Shown one piece after another: positions 53,129 through 64,000 of a DNA stretch of 64,000 bases. This DNA comes from Balanoglossus misakiensis. Taxonomy: Eukaryota > Animalia > Hemichordata. Position 1 is the first letter of the stretch, and each line of letters starts with the position of its first letter. The DNA lies in contig CM082584.2 in assembly GCA_040954595.2 (NCBI GenBank), positions 2,077,344-2,141,343 on the forward strand, read 5' to 3'. Made by a program: the position numbers and the translations under genes. Under the pieces are notes generated by a model. That model was not told where the DNA came from, made no database searches, and saw only the letters and a program-made list of their open reading frames with translations.

Positions 53129-56100
53129 TTATTCTTGTGTCAATTCTTCGGCCAACGAGATCTCTGAAACTACTGCAGGTACACTTCTCAAACTTGCTAC
53201 AATGGTCAAGGTCAATGAGTAGATGTGCAGTGACTTGTGAATACTTAATTAGTCACGTGACCTGGCGGCCATATTGGATTTTCTGAATAAATGCAAATCT
53301 CAGATCTCAGAAACTACAAGTCAGATCGACTTCAAATTTGGCATGCAGGTAGACTACCTTCTACCCATCATTTTTGTAATTGGAAATTTTGCTGTCAATG
53401 TTGCAGTTTTTTTGCTACAATTTTTTTTCTGAAATCTGGCTTAAATTTCAAAAATCTTCTTCTCCAGAACCGGTGATAACCGAGACACGGGGTTTGGGGT
53501 ATGTGGTCACCTAACTGATGTCTATCAAGTTTGCGAAGATCATTGTTATTGGTCGAAGATTATGGCGGCCATATTGGATTTTCGAAAAACCATAGTAAAA
53601 CTCCAAAAATCTTCTTCTCCAAAACGGGCGATGACTGAGTCGCAAGATTCGGGGAGTATGGTCACTACACTGATGTCTATAAAGTTTGCAAAGAGCATTG
53701 TGATTGGTCCAAGATTATGGCGGCCATATTGGATTTTGTAAAAAGCAGTGAAAAATTAAAATTCCTTTTTCTAGTCTAAAAATTGATAACATACAAATTC
53801 TTTTTATGGATATCAATCGTCATGTGACTAAAATATGTTAAAATTTTTTGGCGATTTTTCACATGACCTTTGACCTACTTATCACACGTTATTATTTCAG
53901 CATATCTAATTCCAGGCTAACCTATAGGGCTAAACGTTTGGTTTTTGATGCATGTGGATTAGTGTGTGATCAAAATATTTTGCTACTTTTCATGACCCCT
54001 TTGACCTCTGCTGACCTCATTAATTATGTGCATAGCTAATTACAGGCGAACCAATAGAGCTAGAGGTTTGGTTTTTGTTGGACATGGACCAGTATGGGAT
54101 CAAAATTTTTTGCCCAAATTTTGGATGACCTCTGGTGACCTTTGACCTACTTTCGCACATCTCAGCATCCAGAGCAGATACAGCGTTGGCATTTGGCAGG
54201 ATGGGACCAAAATGTAAAGCCACATTTTTGGGTCACCTGTGACACCTGTTGACCTCATTAAATATGCACATACCTAATTACAGCCGAACCAATAGAGCTA
54301 GAGTTTTGGTTTTTGTTGGACATTAACCAGTATGGGTCAAAAAAATGTGCCCAAATGTTGGGTGACCTCAGGTGACCTTTGACCTACTTCACCCTATTTC
54401 AGCAGCAAAAATACACACGTCCTTGTTATGTCATGAGATAATACACCCAATAGAAAATTATGTTTCTTTTCATTCATACTGTGCATATATAATTCGAGAT
54501 CAGCGCTTGGGCCCGACAATGCTGCTTGCAGCTTTAATTCTTTCTTTATTCTTATGTCAATCTTTGCTCTCCTAGATCTCTGAAACGGCTACAGGTACAC
54601 TTCTCAAACTTGCTACAGTGGTCAAGGTCAATGAGTAGATGTGCAGTGGCTTGTGAATATTTAATAAGTCACGTGACCTGGCGGCCATATTGGATTTTCT
54701 GAAAATCTTTAAATGGCTTCTTCTCAAAAACCACAGGGCCAATCAAGTTCAAATTTGGTGTATGGTACACATGTCCTCTGCCCTTCAAAGTTTGACAATA
54801 AAATCCTGAGCGGTCACGTGACTTTGGCCGCCATATTGGATTTTCGAAAAAGTACTGTAAAATCTTCAAAAATCTTCTTCTCCAGAACCGGCAATAACCG
54901 AGTCATGGGATTTAGGGTATGACATTACCTAACTGATGTCTATCAAGTTTGCGAAGAGCGTTGTGATTGGTCGAAGATTATGGCGGCCATATTGGATTTT
55001 GTAAAAACCAGCGAAAATTAAGAAATCATTTTTCTAGTCTAAAAATAGATAGCATACAAATTCTTTTTATGGATATGAGTCGTGATATGACTAGAATATG
55101 TTGCAAATATTTGGGAAATTTTCACATGACCTTTGACCTACTTTTTTAAGAACCTGCATATATGCATATATAGCTCATACTACGTGTTCTAAATGTACCA
55201 GAGTTCTGATTTTTGTGCACATTGGTATCATCCCTGCCAGGACCTACCCCAAATATTTTGGTAATTTTGGCAATGACCTTTGACCTACTTTTGACACATC
55301 ATTTTTTTCTGCATATCTAATTACAGGCTAACCTATAGGGCTATGATTTTGGTTTTTGATGTATGTGGATTTGTATGTGATCAAAAAATTTCGCTACTTT
55401 TCATGACCCCTTTGACCTCTGCTGACCTCATTAAATATGTGCATACCTAATTACAGATGAACCAATAGACCTAGAGGTTTGGTTTCTGTTGGACATGGAC
55501 CAGTATTGGGTCAAAACTTTTTGCCCAAATTTTGGGTGACCTCGGGTGACCTTTGACCTACTTTTGCATATCTCGACATCCACAGCAGATACAGCCTTGG
55601 CGTTTGAAGGTATGGGGCCATAATGAAAAGCCAAAGTTTTGGGTCACCTGTGACACGTGCTTAACTCATTATTTATGTGCATACCTAATTCCGGGCTAAC
55701 CAAAAGGGCTAGAGGTCTGGTTTTTGTTGGACATGGACCACTATGGGTCAAAATTTTCTGCCCAAATTTTGGGTGACCTTAGATGACCTTTGACCTACTT
55801 AACACTATATCAGCACCAAACATAGATATAACCTTGATATTTCATGGGATAAAACACAGCATTATGTTTCTACTCATTAATTATGTGCATATCTAATAAT
55901 CTGATCAGATAATAGAGCTTGGGCCCGGACAATGCTGCTTGCAGCTTTAATTATTACGGGCCCAAGCCAAGCCAGGCTTGGGCCCGTATTGGTTTCGTTG
56001 GGGTTTTTTAGGGCCCAAGCGCGCACAAGCGCTTGGGCCCTATTGGTTTCGTTGGAATTTTTAGGGCCCAAGCGCACGCAAGCGCTTGGGCCCTATTGGT

Positions 56101-59100
56101 TTCGTTGGAATTTTTAGGGCCCAAGCGCGCGCAAGCGCTTGGGCCCTATTGGTTTCGTTGGGGTTTTTCTTTCTTTCTTTTTTCTTGTGTCAAATTCTTC
56201 GGCCAACGAGATCTCTGAAACTACTGCAGGTACACTTCTCAAACTTGCTACAGTGGTCAAGGTCAATGAGTAGATGTGCAGTGACTTGTGAATACTTAAT
56301 TAGTCACGTGACCTGGCGGCCATATTGGATTTTCTGAAAAAATGCAAATCTCAGATCTCAGAAACTACAAGTCAGATCGACTTCAAATTTGGCATGCAGG
56401 TAGACTACCTTCTACCCATCATTTTTGTAATTGGATATTTTGCTGTCAATGTTGCAGTTTTTTTGCTACAATTTTTTTTCTGAAATCTGGCTTAAATTTC
56501 AAAAATCTTCTTCTCCAGAACCGGTGATAACCGAGACACGGGGTTTGGGGTATGTGGTCACCTAACTGATGTCTATCAAGTTTGCGAAGATCATTGTGAT
56601 TGGTCGAAGATTATGGCGGCCATATTGGATTTTCGAAAAACCATAGTTAAACTCAAAAAATCTTCTTCTCCAGAACGGGCAATGACTGAGTCGCAAGATT
56701 CGGGGAGTATGGTCACTATACTGATGTCTATCAAGTTTGCAAAGAGCATTGTGATTGGTCGAAGATTATGGCGGCCATATTGGATTTTGAAAAAAGCAGT
56801 AAAAAATTGAAATTCCTTTTTCTAGTCTAAAAATTGATAGCATACAAATTCTTTTTATGGATATCAATCGTCATGTGACTAAAATATGTTACAATTTTTT
56901 GGCGATTTTTCACATGACCTTTGACCTACTTATCACGCGTTATTATTTCTGCATATCTAATTCCAGGCTAACCTATAGGGCTAGACGTTTGGTTTTTGAT
57001 GAATGTGGATTAGTGTGTGATCAAAATATTTTGCTACTTTTCATGACCCCTTTGACCTCTGCTGACCTCATTAATTATGTGCATAGCTAATTACAGGCGA
57101 ACAAATAGAGCTAGAGGTTTGGTTTTTGTTGGACATGGACCAGTATGGGATCAAAATTTTTTGCCCAAATGTTGGGTGACCTCTGGCGACCTTTGACCTA
57201 CTTTCGCATATCTCAGCATCCAGAGCATATACAGCCATGGCATTTGGTACGATGGGACCAAAATGTAAAGCCACATTTGTGGGTCACCTGTGACACCTGC
57301 TGACCTCATTAAATATGCACATACCTAATTACAGGCGAACCAATAGAGCTATAGTTTTGGTTTTTGTTGGACATGGACCAGTATGGGTCAAAAAAAATTG
57401 CCCAAATGTTAGGTGACCTCAGGTGACCTTTGACCTACTTCACCCTATTTCAGCAGCAAAAATACACACGTCCTTGTTTTGTCATGAGATAATACATCCG
57501 ATAGAAAATTCTGTTTCTTCTCATTCATACTGTGCATATATAATTCGAGATCAGCGCTTGGGCCCGACAATGCTGCTCGCAGCTTTAATTCTTTCTTGCT
57601 TGCTTTCTTTCTTTCTTTCTTTATTCTTGTGTCAATTCTTCGGCCAACTAAATCTCTGAAACTACTGCAGGTACACTGCTCAAACTTGCTACAGTGGTCA
57701 AGGTCTATGAGTAGATGTGCAGTGACTTGTGAATACTTAATTAGTCACGTGACCTGGCGGCCATATTGGATTTTCTGAAAAAATGCAAATCTCAGATCTC
57801 AGAAACTACAAGTCAGATCGACTTCAAATTTGGCGTGCTGGTAGTATACCCTCTACCCATCATTTTTGTAATTGGATATTTTGCTGTAAATGTTGCAGTT
57901 TTTTTGCTACAATTTTTTTTCTGAAATCTGGCTTAAATTTCAAAAATCTTCTTCTCCAGAACCGGTGATAACCGAGACACGGGGTTTGGGGTATGTGGTC
58001 ACCTAACTGATGTCTATCAAGTTTGCGAAGATCATTGTGATTGGTCGAAGATTATGGCGGCCATATTGGATTTTCGAAAAACCATAGTTAAACTCCAAAA
58101 ATCTTCTTCTCCAGAACGGGCGATGACTGAGTCGCAAGATTCGGGGAGTATGGTCACTACAATGATGTCTATCAAGTTTGCAAAGAGCATTGTGATTGGT
58201 CGAAGATTATGGCGGCCATATTGGATTTTGTAAAAAGCAGTGAAAAATTGAAATTCCTTTTTCTAGTCTAAAAATTGATAGCATGCAAATTCTTTTGATG
58301 GATATCAATCGTCATGTGACTAAAATATGTTACAATTTTTTGGCGATTTTTCACATGACCTTTGACCTACATATCACACGTTATTATTTCAGCATATCTA
58401 ATTCCAGGCTAACCTATAGGGCTAGACTTTTGGTTTTTGATGCATGTGGATTAGTGTGTGATCAAAATATTTTGCTACTTTTCATGACCCCTTTGACCTC
58501 TGCTGACCTCATTAATTATGTGCATAGCTAATTACAGGCGAACCAATAGAGGTAGAGGTTTGGTTTTTGTTGGACACAGACCAGTATGGGATCAAAATTT
58601 TTTGCCCAAATGTTGCATGACCTCTGGTGACCTTTGACCTACTTTCGCATATCTCAGCATCCAGAGCAGATACAGCCTTGGCATTTGGTAGGATGGGACC
58701 AAAATGTAAAGCCACATTTTTGGGTCACCTGTGACACCTGCTGACCTCATTAAATATGCACATACCTAATTACAGGCGAACCAATAGAGCTAGAGTTTTG
58801 GTTTTTGTAGGACATGGACCAGTATGGGTCAAAAAAAATTGCCCAAATGTTGGGTGACCCCAGGTGACCTTTGACCTACTTCACCCTATTTAAGCAGCAA
58901 AAATACACACGTCCTTGTTATGTCATGAGATAATACATCCGATAGAAAATTCTGTTTCTTCTCATTCATACTGTGCATATATAATTCAAGATCAGCGCTT
59001 GGGCCCGACAATGCTGCTCGCAGCTTTAATTCTTTCTTTCTTTCTTTATTCTTGTGTCAATTCTTCGGCCAACTAAATCTCTGAAACTACTGCAGGTACA

Positions 59101-62100
59101 CTGCTCAAACTTGCTACAGTGGTCAAGGTCAATGAGTAGATGTGCAGTGACTTGTGAATACTTAATTAGTCACGTGACCTGGCGGCCATATTGGATTTTC
59201 TGGAAAAATGCAAATCTCAGATCTCAGAAACTACAAGTCAGATCGACTTCAAATTTGGCATGCAGGTAGACTACCTTCTACCCATCATTTTTGTAATTGG
59301 ATATTTTGCTGTCAATGTTGCAGTTTTTTTGCTACAATTGTTTTTCTGAAATATGGCTTAAATTTCAAAAATCTTCTTCTCCAGAACCGGTGATAACTGA
59401 GACACGGGGTTTGGGGTATGTGGTCACCTAACTGATGTCTATCAAGTTTGCGAAGATCATTGTGATTGGTCGAAGATTATGGCGGCCATATTGGATTTTA
59501 AAAAAAACACAGTTAAACTCCAAAAATCTTATTCTCCAGAACGGGCGATGACTGAGTGGCAAGATTCGGGTAGTACGGTCACTACACTGATGTCTATCAA
59601 ATTTCCAAAGAGCATTGTGATTGGTCGAAGATTATGGCGGCCATATTGGATTTTGTAAAAAGCAGTGAAAAATTGAAATTCCTTTTTCTAGTCTAAAAAT
59701 TGATAGCATAGCAATTCTTTTAATGGATATCAATCGTCATGTGACTAAAATATGTTACAATTTTGGGGGGATTTTTCACATGACCTTTGACCTACTTATC
59801 ACGCGTTAATATTTCAGCATATCTAATTCCAGGCTAACCTATAGGGCTAGACTTTTGGTTTTTGATGCATGTGGATTAGTGTGTGATCAAAATATTTTGC
59901 TACTTTTCATGACCCCTTTGACCTCTGCTGACCTCATTAATTATGTGCATAGCTAATTACAGGCGAACCAATAGAGCTAGAGGTTTGGTTTTTGTTGGAC
60001 ATTAACCAGTATGGGTCAAAAAAATGTGCCCAAATGTTGGGTGACCTCAGGTGACCTTTGACCTACTTCACCCTATTTCAGTAGCAAAAATACACACGTC
60101 CTTGTTATGTCATGAGATAATACACCCAATAGAAAATTATGTTTCTTTTCATTCATACTGTGCATATATAATTCGAGATCAGCGCTTGGGCCCGACAATG
60201 CTGCTTGCAGCTTTAATTAGGGCCCAAGCGCATACCAGCGCTTGGGCCCTATTGGTTTCGTTGGGGTTTTTCTTTCTTTCTTTCTTTCTTTATTCTTCTG
60301 TCAATTCTTTGTCGCTCTAGATCTCAGACACCGCTGCAGGTACACTTCTGAAACTTGCTACAGTGGTCAAGGTCAATAAGTAGTTGTGCATTGAACCCTT
60401 GAATTTTTAATTAGTCACGTGACCTGGCGGCCATATTGGATTTTCTGAAAAAATGCAAATCTCAGATCTCAGAAACTACAAGTCAGATCGACTTCAAATT
60501 TGGTGTGCATGTAGTCTACCTTCTACCCATCATTTTTGTAATTGGATATTTTGCTGTAAATGTTGCAGTTATTTTGCTACAATTTTTTTTCTGAAATCTG
60601 GCTTAAATTTCAAAAATCTTCTTCTCCAGAACCGGTGATAACTGAGTCACGCGGTTTGGGGTATGTGGTCACCTAATTGATGTCTATCAAGTTTGCGAAG
60701 ATCATTGTGATTGGTCGAAGATTATGGCGGCCATATTGGATTTTCGAAAAACAATAGTTAAACTCCAAAAATCTTCTTCTCCAGAACGGGCGATAACCGA
60801 GTCACAAGATTTGGTGTGTTTGGTCATTAAACAGATGTCTATCAAGTTTGCGAAGGGGAATGTGATTGGTCGAAGATTATGGCGGCCATATTGGATTTTG
60901 TGAAAAACGATTTAAAAGTAAAAATTCCTTTTCTAGCCTAAAAATTGATAGCACAGAAATTCTTTTTATGGATATGAATCATCATATGGCAAGAATAAGC
61001 TATAAATATTTTGGTAATTTTGGCAATGACCTTTGACCTACTTTTGACGCATCTTTTTTCTGCATATCTAATTCCAGGCTAACCAATAGGGCTATAAGTT
61101 TGGTTTTTGATGTATGTGGATTTGTATGTGATCAAAAATTTTTGCTACTTTTCATGACCCCTTTGACCTCTGCTGACCTCATTAATTATGTGCATAGCTA
61201 ATTACAGATGAACCAATAGACCTAGAGGTTTTGTTTTTGTTATACATGGACCAGTATGGGGTCAAAATATTTTGCCCAAATGTTGGGTGACCTCGGGTGA
61301 CCTTTGACCTACTTAACACTATATCAGCATCAGATCAGATAATAGAGCTTGGGCCCGGACAATGCTGCTTGCAGCTTTAATTCTTTCTTTATTCTTATGT
61401 CAATCTTTGCTCTCCTAGATCTCTGAAACGGCTACAGGTACACTTCTCAAACTTGCTACAGTGGTCAAGGTCAATGAGTAGATGTGCAGTGGCTTGTGAA
61501 TATTTAATTAGTCACGTGACCTGGCGGCCATATTGGATTTTCTGAAAATCTTTAAATGGCTTCTTCTCAAAAACCACAGGGCCAATCAAGTTCAAATTTG
61601 GTGTATGGTACACATGTCCTCTGCCCTTCAAAGTTTGACAATAAAATCCTGAGCGGTCACGTGACTTTGGCCGCCATATTGGATTTTCGAAAAAGTACTG
61701 TAAAATCTTCAAAAATCTTCTTCTCCAGAACCGGCAATAACCGAGTCATGGGATTTAGGGTATGACATTACCTAACTGATGTCTATCAAGTTTGCGAAGA
61801 GCGTTGTGATTGGTCGAAGATTATGGCGGCCATATTGGATTTTGTAAAAACCAGCGAAAATTAAGAAATCATTTTTCTAGTCTAAAAATAGATAGCATAC
61901 AAATTCTTTTTATGGATATGAGTCGTGATATGACTAGAATATGTTGCAAATATTTGGGAAATTTTCACATGACCTTTGACCTACTTTTTTAAGAACCTGC
62001 ATATATGCATATATAGCTCATACTACGTGTTCTAAATGTACCAGAGTTCTGATTTTTGTGCACATTGGTATCATCCCTGCCAGGACCTACCCCAAATATT

Positions 62101-64000
62101 TTGGTAATTTTGGCAATGACCTTTGACCTACTTTTGACACATCATTTTTTTCTGCATATCTAATTACAGGCTAACCTATAGGGCTATGATTTTGGTTTTT
62201 GATGTATGTGGATTTGTATGTGATCAAAAAATTTCGCTACTTTTCATGACCCCTTTGACCTCTGCTGACCTCATTAAATATGTGCATAGCTAATTACAGG
62301 CGAACCAATAGAGCTAGAGTTTTGGTTTTTGTTGGACATTAACCAGTATGGGTCAAAAAAATGTGCCCAAATGTTGGGTGACCTCAGGTGACCTTTGACC
62401 TACTTATCACGCGTTAATATTTCAGCATATCTAATTCCAGGCTAACCTATAGGGCTAGACTTTTGGTTTTTGATGCATGTGGATTAGTGTGTGATCAAAA
62501 TATTTTGCTACTTTTCATGACCCCTTTGACCTCTGCTGACCTCATTAATTATGTGCATAGCTAATTACAGGCGAACCAATAGAGCTAGAGGTTTGGTTTT
62601 TGTTGGACATGGACCAGTATGGGATCAAAATTTTTTGCCCAAATTTTGGGTGACCTCTGGTGACCTTTGACCTACTTTCGCATATCTCAGCATCCAGAGC
62701 AGATACAGCCATGGCATTTGGCAGGATGGGACCAAAATGTAAAGCCACATTTTTGGGTCACCTGTGACACCTGCTGACCTCATTAAATATGCACATACCT
62801 AATTACAGGCGAACCAATAGAGCTACAGTTTTGGTTTTTGTTGGACATGGACCAGTATGGGTAAAAAAAAAATTGCCCAAATGTTGGGTGACCTCAGGTG
62901 ACCTTTGACCTACTTCACCCTATTTCAGCAGCAAAATACACACATCTTTGTTATGTCATGAGATAATACATCCGATAGAAAATTATGTTTCTTCTCATTC
63001 ATACTGTGCATATATAATTCAAGATCAGCGCTTGGGCCCGATAATGCTGCTCGCAGCTTTAATCTTTCTTTCTTTCTTTCTTTATTCTTGGTTCATTTCT
63101 TTCTCGCCTTAGATCTCAGACACCGCTGCAGGTACAGTTCTCAAACTTGCTACAGTGGTCAAGGTTAATGAGTAGATGTGCAGTGACTTGTGAATACTTA
63201 ATTAGTCACGTGACATGGCGGCCATATTGGATTTTCTGAAAAAATGCAAATCTCAGATCTCAGAAACTACAAGTCAGATCGACTTCAGATTTGGCGTGCT
63301 GGTAGTATACCCTCTGCCCATCATTTTTGTAATTGGATATTTTGCTGTCAATGTTGCAGTTTTTTTGCTACAGTTGTTTTTCTGAAATCTGGTCAAAATT
63401 TCAAAAATCTTCTTCTCCAGAACCGGCGATAACCGAGTCACGCCGTTTGGGTTATGTGGTCACCTAACTGATGTCTATCAAGTTTGCGAAGATCATTGTG
63501 ATTGGTCGAAGATTATGGCGGCCATATTGGATTTTCGAAAAACCATAGTAAAACTTCAAAAATCTTCTTCTCCAGAACGGGCAATAACCGAGTCACAAAA
63601 TTTGGTGTGTGTGGTCATTAAACGGATGTCTATCAAGTTTGCGAAGGGGAATGTGATTGGTCGAAGATTATGGCGGCTATATTGGATTTTGTGAAAAACG
63701 ATTAAAAAGTAAAAATTCCTTTTCTAGCCTAAAAATTGATAGCACAGAAATTCTTTTTATGGATATGAATCATCATATGACAAGAATAACCTATAAATAT
63801 TTTGGTAATTTTGGCAATGACCTTTGACCTACTTTTGACGAATCATTTTTCTGCATATCTAATTCCAGGCTAACCAATAGGGCTATAAGTTTGGTTTTTG
63901 ATGTATGTGGATTTGTATGTGATCAAAAAATGTTGCTACTTTTCATGACCCCTTTGACCTCTGGTGACCTCATTAAATATGCATATACCTAATTACAGAT

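Larger units (their letters stand above)
29446..64000 (+). mobile_element. Cluster 2: nested HINE-like elements (22 heads, 22 tails, one body still open at the window end)
   Basis: Plus-strand heads at 29446 (divergent GGGGGCACAAGC type), 29509, 29562, 32722, 32775, 32828, 32895, 32948, 51668, 55956, 56010, 56063, 56116, 60219; plus-strand tails ending ~31055, 32721, 34436, 36781, 51640, 53128, 54539, 55952, 57590, 59031, 60218, 61382, 63063; contains the minus-strand sub-nest 37418-50856. Confidence 0.85.

Noticed and set aside
19400-63432. Recurrent short ORFs (MQISDLRNYK..., MAFHYGPIPP..., MDILLSMLQ...)
   Set aside because: 60-100 aa, frequently broken by stops and indels between copies, no recognisable domain; by-products of a repeated non-coding element.
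18967-64000. Simple tandem satellite or rolling-circle concatemer
   Set aside because: Head-to-tail concatemers would give head-body-head-body; here heads are stacked, head and tail counts balance, and neighbours are often different subtypes.

Overview
Eukaryotic (most likely marine-invertebrate; inference from gene/TE content) genomic DNA made almost entirely of transposons. 1-9.3 kb: a 10-exon Kolobok/Mutator-like DDE transposase pseudogene whose intron 2 holds a complete 4.54-kb Sola DNA transposon (32-bp TIRs, ATTT TSD). 11.7-11.9 kb: Gypsy RNase H scrap. 15.4-16.7 kb (-): last exon of a DAPK/ROCO-like gene (COR + death-domain-like) with one in-frame TGA. From 17.06 kb: an RTE-X-like LINE split by about 45 kb of ~1.43-kb Helentron-type non-autonomous elements (HINE-like: 5' hairpin head, TTCT microsatellite, ~120-bp internal subrepeats, 3' subTIR + small hairpin). 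The main result: this apparent satellite is not a tandem array. It is a last-in-first-out nest in which each new copy inserted into the T-rich stretch just behind the 5' hairpin of an earlier copy, so heads stack up and bodies follow like closing brackets. Cluster 1 has 7 heads and 7 tails, and the LINE reading frame resumes exactly after tail 7. The 13.4-kb 'inversion' is a minus-strand nest inserted inside one copy. All counts and alignments were done by eye.
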